A DNA stretch of 64,000 nt. It comes from Octopus sinensis (Eukaryota). Positions 24,206 through 37,845 of the stretch are shown one piece after another. The position numbers were made by a program, and so were the translations under genes. The notes under the pieces are model-generated. The model was not told where the DNA came from. It was given only the letters and a program-made list of their open reading frames with translations, and made no database searches. The first letter of the stretch is position 1, and each line of letters starts with the position of its first letter. The stretch is taken from assembly GCF_006345805.1 (NCBI RefSeq), contig NC_043002.1, positions 69,316,001 to 69,380,000 on the forward strand, in the 5' to 3' direction.

Positions 24206-24542
24206 TTAATATTGTTCCTGTCCATCACTCAGCTGTATCAATGACTAATCTAGCAGCGGACTGACGTCCAGTTCAGGGTGGATATTGTGATATCGGTTAC
24301 TTACTTGTACGACATGGAAACTGGGTAACGGGATTTATGAATCCTTGTAGTCAGAGACGTCGCTAAGCACCTGAAACCCCTGCGATTGCAGGAGACATCC
24401 GCGGTTGAGGGGCCTCATGGTAAGATCAAAGTACGTAGATGAGTCATCAAATTACTTTGGTTAAGATGCTGAACAAGAATTAAACTATCGATGTTAACTG
24501 AAAATTTCAAGACATAAAATGGTAATATATTGTACTTGCAGT

Positions 24543-25112
24543 GCGGCGAGCTGGCAGAAACGTTAGCACGCAGGGCGAAATGCTTAGCAGTATTTCATCT
24601 GCCGCTACGTTCTGAGTTCAAATTCAGGACGACTTTGCCTTTCATCCTTTCGGGGTCGGTTAAATAAGTACCAGTTACGCACTGGAGTCGATATAATCGA
24701 CTTAATCCGTTTGTCTGTCCTTGTTTGTCCTCCCTATGTTTAGCCCATTGTGGGTAGTAAAGAAATAGGTATTTCGTCTGCCGTTATGTTCTGAGTTCAA
24801 ATTCCGCCGAGGTCAACTTTGCCTTTCATTCTTTCAAGGTCGATTAAATAAGTCCCAGTTACGCATTGGGGTCGATATAATCGACTTAATCCGTTTGTCT
24901 GTCCTTGTTTGTCCTCTCTGTGTTTAGCCCCTTGTTGGTAGCAAAGAAATAGGTATTTCGTCTGCCGCTACGTTCTGAGTTCAAATTCGGCCGAGGTCGA
25001 CTATGCCTTTCATCCTTTCGAGATCAATTAAATAAGTTCCTGTTACGCACTGGGGTCGATGTAATCGACTTAATCCGTTTGTCTGTCCTTGTTTGTCCTC
25101 TCTGTGTTTAGC
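24543..25112 (+). mobile_element. SINE family B tandem trimer
   Basis: One head plus 184-bp body repeats joined at aaagaaata|ggtatttcgtctgccg (24768, 24952). Confidence 0.9.
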
Positions 25113-25116
25113 CATC

Positions 25117-25530
25117 TCTTTTACTCTTTTACTTGTTCCAGTCATTTGACTGTGGCCATGCTGGAGCACCGCCTTTAGTTGAGCAAATCGACCCCAGGAC
25201 TTATTCTTTGTAAGCCTAGTACTTATTCTATCGTTCTTTTTTGCCGAACCGTTAAGTTACGGGGACGTCAACATACCACCATCGGTTGTTAAGCGATGTT
25301 GGAGGGGTGTGTGTGACAAACACAGACACACAAACACAAACACACATATATACATATACACATATACAACGGGCTTCTTTCAGTTTCTGTCTACCAAATC
25401 CATTCACAAGGCTTTGGTCGGCCCGAGGCTATAGTAGAAGACACTTGCCCAAGGTGCCACGCAGTAGGAATGAGCACAGAACCATGTGGTTGGTAAGCAA
25501 GCTACTTACCACACAGCCACTCCTGCGCCT
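25117..25530 (-). mobile_element. SINE family A, full length
   Basis: Complete head-CORE-microsatellite-tail structure. Confidence 0.92.
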
Positions 25531-26371
25531 ATCTAGACGTTTTAATTATTGAAATTTGTAATAGACCTAAATAAATTTAACTTTTAATTTTAAAGATGTT
25601 CTTCAGGATAACGTGAAATATTGAACTTCAGATAGAACAACTTAAAATATAGCTGTGAATAAAAGATGCGTAAATAATGAATTTTGATTGAAAGGATAGG
25701 GCCTCGAAACAAAAAAGTTGCAGGGGTCCCCTAAAAGTCATACGATGGAGCTGCTTGTAGTCGAGGCAGTACTCACGTTTGCATTTTCTTTTTGTATTAC
25801 TATAACAGCTACAACAGTTACAAGAATATATTGCATAAACTAGAACGACCGTTAAAGTATAAGAAATAAACGACTTGTGAATCGAGGTCAGGTACTGTAA
25901 ATGTTAATACAAACGGTTAAATATCTCATAATTTCAGCCTCGTTTGATCTCAAAACTATAATTGTTTTGTGGTTAGTGACAATCACACCAATATTTAATT
26001 TCTTGTTTCAAGAATTTAATTTATTCGCAAACAAAACCAGAAGTTAAAAACAAAACAACTTTACTACTGACTTAAATGCTATTAAAAAAAAAAAAATAGC
26101 GAGTAAGTTATCTCCCCTTTGACCGCTTAATTTGTATGTGCGGGTGTGCGCTATTCAAAAAACCCGACGTGTACTCGTTGAACTGTCCTTAAAATGAGAT
26201 TACAGACTAACATCCTGAAAAGAGGAAATTCATAGAAGTTATGTAAATAGATAAAGAAGAAAAGAGAAAAGAAAAGAAGAAAAATAAAAGGGATTGTGGG
26301 GGATGGGGTGGGGGTGAGGGGGTGAAGGGAAAGAAAGAAGAAAACGCTGTTAATTTGAAATGATCAATACT

Positions 26372-26579
26372 CTCTTTACTCTTTTACTTGTTTCAGTCAT
26401 TTGACTGCGGCCATGCTGGAGCACGCCTTTAGTCGAGCAAATCGACCCCAGGACTTATTCTTTTTGTAAGCCCAGTACTTATTCTATCGGTCTCTTTTGC
26501 CGAACGCTAAGTGACGGGGACCTAAACACACCAGCATCAGTTGTCAAGCAATGCTAGGGGAACAGACACAGACACACAA

Positions 26580-26610
<31 letters not shown>

Positions 26611-26775
26611 ATACGACAGGCTTCTTTCAGTTTCCGTCTACCAAATCCACTCACAAGGCATTGGTCGGCCGGGGCTATAGCAGAGGACACTTGCCCAAGA
26701 TGCCACGCAGTGAGACTGAACCGGAGCCATGTGGTTCGTTAGCAAGCTACTTACCACAAGCCACTCCTGCCGCCT
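26372..26775 (-). mobile_element. SINE family A, full length
   Basis: Same structure as 25117-25530. Confidence 0.92.
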
Positions 26776-26794
26776 ATGCAATGTGGAAGTTGTA

Positions 26795-26955
26795 ATATAT
26801 ATATATATATATATATATAACATACACACAAATACATACATATATATATGATATATGCATATATACACATGTGTACATACTTGCATGCATTTATATATAT
26901 ATGTAAGTATGTACACATGTGTATATATGCATATATCATATATATATGTATGTAT

Positions 26956-27019
<64 letters not shown>

Positions 27020-27644
27020 TATTATACACACACATATATATATATATATATACACATACATATATATATGTATATATACATATACACACACATATATATA
27101 TACATATATTAATATACATATACATATATATACACACACATACGCACACACACACACATATATATATAAACATGTTTATGCGCACATATGCCATACACAC
27201 ACATGTATATATACATATATATATATATACATGTACACGTACATACGTACACTCCCCACCACACATTCGGTCAGGAAGACCTTTACATCATCAACCTATA
27301 CAACAGCCATCCTGTTTCTGTTGCCATGGGATGTTGAACCTCAACATCTGTCCCCATTGCACACCCACACTTCTAGACATATTCGGGATGCAGTTAAACC
27401 AGTGAAATAAAGGAAGGCTGTACAAGCGTACACGTGTGCATTCATGTATGTATGTATGTATGTATGTATGTATGTATGTATGTATGTATGTATGTATGTA
27501 TGTATGTATGTGTGTATGTATGTATGTATGTATGTATGTACCTATGTGTGTGTGTATGTATGTATGTATGTATGTATGTATGTATGTATGTATGTATGTA
27601 TGTATGTATGTATGTATGTATGTATGTATGTATGTATGTATGTA

Positions 27645-27675
<31 letters not shown>

Positions 27676-27688
27676 ATGTATGCATGCA

Positions 27689-27719
<31 letters not shown>

Positions 27720-28375
27720 TTGTATGTTTGCATGTATGTATGTATGTATGTATGTTTGTATGTTTGCATGTATGTATGTATGTATGTGTGTGTATATATG
27801 TATGTATGTTTGTATGTATGTGTGTATGTATGTATGTATGTGTGTATGCATGCATACATGCATGTATGTATGTATATATGTATGTGTGTATGTATGTATG
27901 TATGTATGTATGTATGTATGTATGTATGTATGTATGTGTGTGTGTATGTATGTATGTATGTATGTATGTATGTATGTATGTATGTATGTATTTGTATGTA
28001 TATATGTTTGTATGTATATATATATGTATGTATGTGTGTATGTATATATGTATGTATGTGTATGTATATATATGTATGTATGTATGTTTGTATGTATGTA
28101 TGTATGTATGTTTGTAAGTATGTGTGTATGTATGTATGTGTGTATGTATGTATGTGTGTGTATGTATGTGTGTATGTTTGTATGTATGCATGTGTGTATG
28201 TTTGTGTGTGTGTATATGTGTATGTATGTGTGTACGTATGTATGTATGTATGTATGTATGTATGTATGTATGTATGTATGTATGTATGTATGCATGCATG
28301 TATGTATGTATGCATGTGTCCGTGTGTATGTGTGTGCGTGTGTGTACGTGTGTGAGTGTCTGAATGTGTGTATAT
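26795..28375. repeat. Compound (TA)/(CA) and ~900-bp (TATG)n microsatellite block with a ~170-bp unique island (27250-27420)
   Basis: Direct inspection. Confidence 0.95.
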
Positions 28376-29121
28376 GTGTTTTTTCTTCTATGGTGAACTT
28401 TGATAAACTTTAAAGGAACCAAAATAAAACTCTTATTCATCTCTGTTTTGTCCTTTTCCCCGGGCAAAAAGTAATTGAAAGAAACAAGAAAAAGGAGAAA
28501 AGAAGAAGAAGAAGAAGAAGAAGAAGAAGAAGAAGAAGAAGAAGAAGGAGGAGGAGGAGGAGGAGAAGAAGAAGAAGAATGACGGCAACAACAACAGCAA
28601 CAATATGAATCAGATAAAAGTAACAACACCGTTGACATTTAATGTATATAACATATATAGTTTTGTACAAATGTGCATGTGTATATGTGCAAATGTGTGT
28701 CTGTGTATATGCATGTGTATGTGTATACACGCATTCTCACATAAGCTAACACATACACGCATACACATATGTACATACATTCATGTAAACCAGTCAAAGA
28801 CATCAAGACACACTGTTGCAGGAAGCTGTTTCGTCAGTTCTTCCTCCAAAGAATGTCCATTAGGTTGTAGCTTGAATGAAGTTTCGTTTCATTCGATTCG
28901 GAAATACCATTTGAAGTATGTCTAACAATTAAATTAAGGAGAGTTTGTTGGGTATCAATAAAGTGATCCCATATATTAAGTCACCAGCCTAGGGGAAAGC
29001 ATGGGGTATGCCAACTCAGACAGCATGGTTATCTCGTCTTTTGTTTTGAAGGACCAGCAGACACTTCCATTTCCCGTTCCCTTACTAAGAGAGCACACAT
29101 GTTAATACACATCGTCTTGAG

Positions 29122-29326
29122 CTGTGGTTTTCAGTTAGGGTCCATATAAGATTTTGTTCTTAAAGTTTAGAGGCAATAAATTGGTTATAATTCTACAACA
29201 TATAAATTATCTAAACAGGTTTTTCATGCAATTCCTAATAATATTTAATTGTAAAAATACAATAGAATTTTTAAAAACAGCGAATGGCTATGGGGTTCAA
29301 AGGCAAATACGGGTCGAGAACCACTG
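29122..29326. mobile_element. hAT/Charlie-like MITE
   Basis: ctgtggttttc / gagaaccactg ends; 8-bp flanks gtcttgag and gtctagag (nTCTAGAn-type target). Confidence 0.7.
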
Positions 29327-30074
29327 GTCTAGAGATTCCTTTAACTGTTCCTTTGAGAGCAATATGAAAGCCATCTCCGGCGTTCGCGAATGAGAGATAT
29401 ATCACCTCTCTTGCCCATTACTGAATAAATCCTGCAGGCAAGGAGGTATTTTCCTTTGTAATATTCTTTCGCTCTGCTTCATTCTTAGATTGCTATATCT
29501 GAAACCTGCCTTTGTTTTGTAATGCTTGTAAAAGAACTGTTAGTAATTTTATCAATGTCGTACAATTTTGCATTATTGTGGAGCCTGTTAGTAATTTTGC
29601 TCGTTGAAAAGAACAAAATAGAAGAGAATAGATTAGTATAAACCGAAATAAATCGAAATAAAAGATACCCAGAGACATTAAAATTTGATTAGATATAGAT
29701 TAAAAATTAAATTCACTCTAATCTTCCGTAGAATCACGGCGAGGTGACATACTTTTTATTGATGACCTTCAACTCAACAAAGCGGTAGAAAAGCAATCAC
29801 TTGACCTGATAGAAACAACCGCTAAATACTATTCATTATTTAACCGTAAAAATGTCCTAAAAAAGAAATGACACATTAGAGGTTTAAGCATCCAGTTGGA
29901 ATGTTCTATCAAAATTGTTAGGGGCTAAAGAACAATAACAGCAACCAACAAGAACTCTAGGGTAAAGACGACGACGACGCCGACACCGACGATGACGACG
30001 ACGAAGTCGACGTTGATGATATGATTGTCGATGATGATTTAAATATAATTTAGATTAAAATATTTATTTATTTA

Positions 30075-30468
30075 TTTCCCATAGCGGGGCTACACACAGA
30101 GGGGGCAAACAAAGACAGGCAAAGGGATTAAGTCGATTACATCGACCCAGTGCGTAACTGCTACTCCCCGAAAGGAAGAAAGGCAAAGTCGACCTCGGCG
30201 GAATTTGAACTCATAACGTAACGGCAGACGAAATGCCTATTTCTTTATTACTCACAAGGGGCTAAACACAGAGGGGACAAACAAGAACAAACAAACGGAT
30301 TAAGTCAATTACATCGACCCCAGTGCATAACTGGTACTTAATTTATCGACCCCGAAAGGATGAAAGGCAAAGTCGACCTCGGCGGAATTTGAACTCAGAA
30401 CGTAACGGCAGACGAAATACCGCTAAGCATATCGTCCGGCGTGCTAACGATTTTGCCAGCTTGCCGCC
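30075..30468 (-). mobile_element. SINE family B tandem dimer
   Basis: Junction gaaatgcc|tatttcttt at ~30237. Confidence 0.88.
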
Positions 30469-31602
30469 CTGTTTAGATTAAAATATTAGCATTTCTGAGG
30501 GATAATAAAGTTGTGTCTTCTGGTGACATGTCAAATTCTTTTAAATCAGGGAAGCAGTAGAAATGAAGAGAAACGATCAAGTTTTTCTTTTGAAGAAACA
30601 AGCCAAATGTAACATGAACAGCACAAATCTGACTTTTCAGGCCCGTTAGAGATTTATATTCTTTTGCACAAATGTGGTAATGATGGACGCCTCTTGCTGT
30701 AGGCGTTACACATACATACATACAAACAAACATACATACATACATACATACATACATAAATACATACATACATACATACATACATACATACATACACATA
30801 TACATACATATATACATACATATACACACACATATAAAGATGTACATACATGTGCACGCACTATATGAATGAAAGTATATCTCCCACGTACTTATGCACA
30901 CACGAACACTCAAACTCCTCACACACATGCCCACACCAAACAATTCAGATATCCACAAATTCGGAGTATTGTCTTGACAGATACAAAAGAGTTTTGTCAC
31001 TTTGATGGTGATCGGATTGAATTCTCTAAAAGTAAAGAAAAAAAAACAACAAATTAATCCCAAAGAAGCTCTCCTCACGCGCACTCACACGTACACTCAC
31101 ATCCCACACGCACCCTTACACAACTTGCTACAAGGCAAGATCATGCATCGCATCCTGTTTATGTCGCACGTCGAATCTGAGGTTGGCCCTTCCATTTTAT
31201 TTTTACTCGTAGACTACGAACACTCGTCGAGTAAATTTAGTGAAAAATACCTCGCTAAGACGAGTTATGATGCGCGTTGTGAGATATACGTATTTATTAT
31301 ATTTCGCAGAGCCAGGAATATTATTATCAAAGAGCTCTTTCTCATTTTTAAGACATAAAGATGTAATTTCAGAGAGATACATTGCTGTTTCTTACCGATC
31401 GATTAACCGCATAGGTCTTCTTCCCTCGTTGATTTAACGTCGTTCCGAAGTGTTGCTGTACTTAGAGCGTTTGAACTGGAGGATTACTCCCCTTATCTCA
31501 CCTCACTTACTTGAGGAGGCGAGAAAAGAACTAAGACATCAGAGAGGGTAAAGTTAATACAGCAAGTTTTTAGGGCAATGATTGAATGATTAAAAGAAAA
31601 GG

Positions 31603-31927
31603 GAGCACTCCGTCGGTCACGACGACGAAGATCCCAGCTGATCCGATCAACGGAACAGCTTGCTCGTGAAATTAACGTGCAGGTGGCTGAGTACTCCGCA
31701 GACATATGTACCGTTAACGTAGTTCTGAGGGAGATTTAGCGTGACACAGGGTGTGACAAGTCTGGCCCCTTTGAAATACAGGTGCTACTTATTTTTGCCA
31801 GCAGAGTGGACTGGAGCAACGTGAAATAAAGTGTCTTGCTCAAGGATGCAACACGTCGCCAGGAACTGAACTCACGACCATACGATCGTGAGCCGAATGC
31901 CTTAACCACTGAGCCACGCGCTTTCAC
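31603..31927 (-). mobile_element. SINE family D (tRNA head, CORE-like segment, distinct tail)
   Basis: Minus strand gcgtggctcagtggttaagg..gagttcagttcc..ccttgagcaagacactt, then a different body. Confidence 0.8.
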
Positions 31928-32224
31928 ATTGAATGATTAGATTCGGGAGAATGAGTGAATGAAACGCCAAGGCGGAGTGGAAGAAAAGCATGCATTGATG
32001 ATGATGATGATGTTGATGATGACGACGACGACGACGACAGTAGTGATTGACGAGGGACGTTGAGGAGTAGGAGGAGGAAGATGAAGAGGACTAAAAGATG
32101 AATAAGGGCAATAAAACAGAGAGCAAAATGTATGAATGATGGCAGCACATTGCGGATGTAGAGTTAGTACAATATCATCATCACCACCACCACCACCACC
32201 ACCACCACCACCACCACCACCACC

Positions 32225-32287
<63 letters not shown>

Positions 32288-32387
32288 TATGTGTGTGTAT
32301 TTGCATGTGTGCGTGTATATCCATGTGGGTGTATATAAGTATGAATGTATGTATGCATGTATCTATAAACACATACATATATGTAAT

Positions 32388-32433
<46 letters not shown>

Positions 32434-33144
32434 ATATATATTATATATATATATATATATGTATATATATGTATATATATGTATGTATGTATGTATGCAT
32501 GTATGTATACATCGCCCATGACTTCTGTTATTCACTTGCTTTGCTTATATTTACGCCATGTGTCTGGCTACCATATGTGGTGTTTATAATAACTTTTAGT
32601 TCTCAGGACATCTAAACTCTGCTACGAAGATATGTGCCGTATTTCCGGAGATGGCGGTTACGTCAACGCATTCTCATCTTCAGAGAATCTTCATCTTCTA
32701 CTCGCCAACTTCACCGATTCTTTATCTTCTCTTCTCATCTTCATTTATTTTCTTCATCTTCTTCCTCTCTTAGTTTTCATTGTTTTTTTTTTATTTCTTC
32801 CCTTTTCTCTTCAACTCAACTTCCCCCTTTCATTTCGCCGACGCCGCTGTGGTCCCATTGTCGTCCCACACATCCCTTCATATCAAACTTAGCCGTCTAA
32901 ACTGAAGTTTCTCCACCGCCATGGGCCGAGTCTGCTATAGCCTCGAGTCGAACGAGGAAGAAGACTCTACTTGGTCAGACGAACGGCTAAAAATAGCAGT
33001 CAAAAATTCCTCTAACAATAATTTACCCTCTTAAAACACACGTGCACACAAAGAATAGATTGGATAATGTCATAAGGACAAGATGAGGATTTGCAGGGAT
33101 GGTATAGACTACGTGTCAGCTGGGTCAGGTATGACCTGTGGCCA

Positions 33145-33427
33145 AACACCACCACCACCACCCCACCACCACCACCCGCTGCTGGTTCCACAGTCGTTTA
33201 CATGCGTCATTACCAACACCCAGAATTACAGCATTACAAGCATTTACAGTGACTTGTGACACCACCACACCACCACCACCACCACCATCACTGCCACCAA
33301 CACCACTACCACAACTACCATCAGCACCACCACCACCACCACCACCACCACCGCCAACACCACCATCACTGCCAACACCACCACCATCACTACCACCACC
33401 ACCACCACCACCACCACCACCACCGCC

Positions 33428-33459
<32 letters not shown>

Positions 33460-33910
33460 CTCCACCACCACCGTAACCACCACTACCATCACTGCCACCA
33501 CAAACACCACCACCATCACGACCACCGCCACTGACACCACCACCACCACCACCACAGCCACCCCCACTACAACTGCTAACCTCTTCTACCGACGTTATCA
33601 CCTACAGCACTCCACCCATGCCACTCCCTCTCCCCTCACTTCCATTAATAATCGCCAACGCTACAGTAGCCAATACCTCGACCACCATCAACACCAGCTC
33701 CAGTATCATTACTGCCACCACTTCCACCACTGCCACCATCGACACCACCACCACCACCACCACTGCCAACGCCAGTCCAACAACCACTCTGTATTCCATC
33801 ACAGCACCAACACCACCACCGCCACCATTTCCACCACTACCACCATCAACATCATCACCAGTCCAATGGTATTCCCATCCACGACCACCCTGCAACACCA
33901 CACCACCCAG
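33145..33910. repeat. Degenerate (CCA)n/(CCG)n low-complexity tract
   Basis: Direct inspection. Confidence 0.9.
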
Positions 33911-34189
33911 CAATTACTATCTCACCTCACCAAACCTTCTCCCTCCTCTAAGCACTTCCACAATATCGCTTTCAATTTTCTCAGAATTCTTTGGATTTCC
34001 TCCTTTACGCATTCAACAAAAATTAACGCGCGCGCGCGCACACGTACTCACACGCACACACACACACACGCACACGCACACACACACACTCACGCACACA
34101 TACATACGTAAGTACGCCCGTACGTACGTACATATGAACTTACAAAATGCATACATACATGTAAATTTTTAATGAATTTTATGTATGTC

Positions 34190-34950
34190 CATATTGACAT
34201 GCATGCATACATTTATACATATTTATGCACGCATACATGCATACATACATGCAAACATATATGCATACATACATGCATACATACATATATACATGCATGC
34301 ATACATACATGCTTACATGCATACATACACATACATACATACATACATACATTCATACATACATACATTCATACATACATACATACATTCATACATACAT
34401 ACATACATTCATACATACATACATTCATACATACATACATTCATACATACATACATTCATACATACATACATACATTCATACATACATACATACATTCAT
34501 ACATACATACATACATTCATACATACATACATTCATACATACATACATTCATACATACATACATACATTCATACATGCATACATACATTCATACATATAT
34601 ACATACATACATACATACATACATTCATACATACATTCACACATACATACATATATACATACATACATACATACATACATACATACATTCATACATACAT
34701 ACATACATACATACATTCATAAATACATACATTCATGCATACATACATTCATACATACATACATACATTCATACATACATACATTCATACATGCATACAT
34801 ACATTCATACATATATACATACATACATACATACATACATACATACATACATACATAAATACATTCATACATACATTCATACATACATACATACATACAT
34901 TCATACATACATACATACATACATACATACATGCATGCATACGTATGTAT
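34190..34950. repeat. (CATA)n/(CATT) microsatellite, ~750 bp
   Basis: Direct inspection. Confidence 0.95.
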
Positions 34951-34980
34951 GTGAGTGTGTGTGCGTGTGGAAACATTTTA

Positions 34981-35301
34981 TGATTTTTATATAGATAATT
35001 TTTTTACGCACCCACTCTGTTTCTTTTTCTCCATTTTCTCTCTACTTCTCTCTCTCTTTCTCTCTCTGACTCTCTCTCTCTCACAAACACACACACGTAC
35101 ACACACTTGAATATTATTCAACTAGTTTCAACGACTGAACTGTGACCCAGCTGGAGCAAAGCACTGATGGGTTCAATTTACGATATCGTCGCCAACATGT
35201 CTTAACTGGGGGTTCTGTCGATGCATATTTCGCTGAACCGTTTGTTTTAGGGGGACGCAAGCAAACCAACACCGGATGTCATACAGACAGATACTTATAC
35301 A
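34981..35301 (+). repeat. Left arm of a ~320-bp inverted duplication
   Basis: Reverse complement of 38455-38781 with about ten differences; the ORF track shows the same peptide on both strands. Confidence 0.95.
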
Positions 35302-35579
35302 CACGTATAGATATGTACATAACGGGCTTCAGCACAGTTCTGAAATTGTGCATCAACTCTAGGTTAGAATAGAAAACACAAGCTGAAGATGATAGACAGA
35401 GATTCGAACCCAAAACCACAAGGGTGCGAAGTGAGCTTTTTAAAGCGTACACCCATGGCTACGCATATATGTATGTGTGTTTGTGTGTGTATATAAATAT
35501 GTAAATACATATTATGTATAGATAGGCATCTAGTTATGAAATGTATGTATACATATATGTATAAATATATACATACACA

Positions 35580-36071
35580 CATAATCTGGGACCTTGAAGA
35601 CTGCTTTAATACAAGAAAGTATACTAGTCCCTTAATATTTTATATTCAATATTTCATCTATTCAATAAGACAATCAATACTTCATTTCATTTTGCTATAT
35701 ATATATTATTTATACTATATATTCTATATTCTACATTAATATTATAAAGAATATAAATAAAATATAAAACAGAGTTGGAATTTCTTTGAATAATATATAT
35801 ATATATATATAATTTTACATTATATATAAGGGCTTAGTAAAATAAATTACTTTGCCACATACTGAACTCATTAGAAATAACAGCTAAAGAAATTTCTTCA
35901 GCTATTTCTAATACTTAAAGAAGATCTCTCTCAGATAGTGTTTGCCTAAACCAACTCACAAGCCCTTATATATAATGTAATATTTTGAATTCGCCTAAAA
36001 TGGTCCCTTTACATACTGAATACTTGGTGAAATTGATTAATAATTAATTAATTTTACCCTCAATTGTTGGA

Positions 36072-36080
<9 letters not shown>
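35580..36080 (+). mobile_element. Penelope-like terminal fragment with hammerhead-like motif (35588-35631)
   Basis: gggac-c-ttgaaga-ctgc..acaa-gaaa-gtatac-ta-gtccc; TA-flanked. Confidence 0.55.
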
Positions 36081-36104
<24 letters not shown>

Positions 36105-36258
36105 ATATATATGCATGCATATATATATATATGCATATATATATATATGCATGCATATATATATATATGATATATATATATATATATAATATATGCATAT
36201 AATAGAAATATTAAAATTACTAAGTCTCTCTAAAAGAGAACAACGGCAGCGTTCCCGG

Positions 36259-36521
36259 AAAATAATAGTTATCGCCATACTAATATGGCATTCTTATAAA
36301 AATAACAATAAAGCTGTCCGCTTATTAGCTCCATGAGGCCATCGCCTTAAGTTAGCTATTTGATACACAAACTGTATCCATATACCTTCGAAGGTTATAT
36401 GGATACAGTTTGTGTATCAAATAGCTAACTTAAGGCGATGGCCTCATGGAGCTAATAAGCGGACAGCTTTATTCTTATTTTTATAAGAATGCCATATTAG
36501 TATGGCGATAACTATTATTTT
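36259..36521. repeat. 263-bp spacer-less palindrome
   Basis: Centre ttc|gaa at 36389/36390; arms of ~131 bp with very few mismatches. Confidence 0.95.
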
Positions 36522-36533
36522 ATATGCATATAT

Positions 36534-36575
<42 letters not shown>

Positions 36576-36581
36576 GCATAT

Positions 36582-36633
<52 letters not shown>

Positions 36634-36656
36634 TATATATATAGCATATATATATA

Positions 36657-36713
<57 letters not shown>

Positions 36714-36717
36714 GATA

Positions 36718-36759
<42 letters not shown>

Positions 36760-37434
36760 AAACATATCTACTTATTACCTACCTATCTGTATACATACAT
36801 ACAAGCATACATATAAATACAAATACATACATACATACATACATACATACATACATACCTACATACATTCATACATACATACATGCATACATACATACAT
36901 GCATTCATACATACATACATACAGACAGACAGACAGACAGAGAACATTCTCTACACTCAGCAATATATTTATGAAATTCGTCACGTGGACAGTTTTGTGC
37001 TATATTTAAAACTAGAGACATTTTTTTAAAATGTTTTTGCTTAATACACCATATGAAGTTATGATTAAAATCGTTTTTGTTTTTAGTACACCCACAGACA
37101 GACACGTATGCACACACATACGGTCACACAGACACACACACACACACAAACACATACGCACATATGTACTCATTGAGACAAACAAGCACGCACAAAACTC
37201 ACGCGCGCGCGCGAACACACACACACAAACACATGTAAGTATTCGTACACATACATACACACAACCACACACCCGCATATATGAAACACATCATGAAGTT
37301 AGAAAAAATAGTTTCTTGCATAACTACTCGCACATGCATATTTAGATATACACACACACATACACACAGACACACAGACAGACAGACACACACACACACA
37401 CATACACATACACACACACATTTACATCGATATA

Positions 37435-37647
37435 CGGGTGTGCTGAAAAGTTCCTGGCTTTGGGCAAGAGAAAATACAGGAGGATCAGTAAATTTTAATT
37501 TTATTCAACATGTTTCCCCTCTCGGATTCACACAGTGCGGCGGTTGTTCGGTTTTGCTAAACCCTGCAAAAGAATTCGGAAAGTTTGGGCCGCCAACTAG
37601 ACCTTTCGTGATGCCCTTAAAACCAGGAACTCTTCCTCATTCCCTCA
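37435..37647 (-). mobile_element. Mariner-type MITE
   Basis: TA-flanked reverse-orientation copy of the 3548 family. Confidence 0.85.
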
Positions 37648-37845
37648 TATATGTATGCACACAAACACATGTATGTATGTATGTATGTATGTATGTATGT
37701 ATGTATGTATGTATGTATGTATGTATGTATGTATGTATGTATGTAGTATGTATGTATGTATGTAGTATGTATGTATGTATGTATGTAGTATGTATGTATG
37801 TATATATATATATTATAATATATATATATATATATAATATATATA

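Noticed and set aside
26638-28638. Long ORFs of up to 398 aa (MYVC/HTYI repeats), also at 34172-34994 and 45475-45922
   Set aside because: They are translations of (TATG)/(CATA) microsatellites, which lack stops in several frames.
33125-34172. Poly-Pro/Gly/Thr/His ORFs resembling mucin or extensin; G-quadruplex-like tract
   Set aside because: Degenerate (CCA)n repeat with no splice or domain evidence.
35142-35372. Duplicated small gene MTQLEQSTDG.. (mirror copy at 38342-38614)
   Set aside because: The start is non-ATG (GTG), and the identity is explained by the inverted duplication; no coding evidence.
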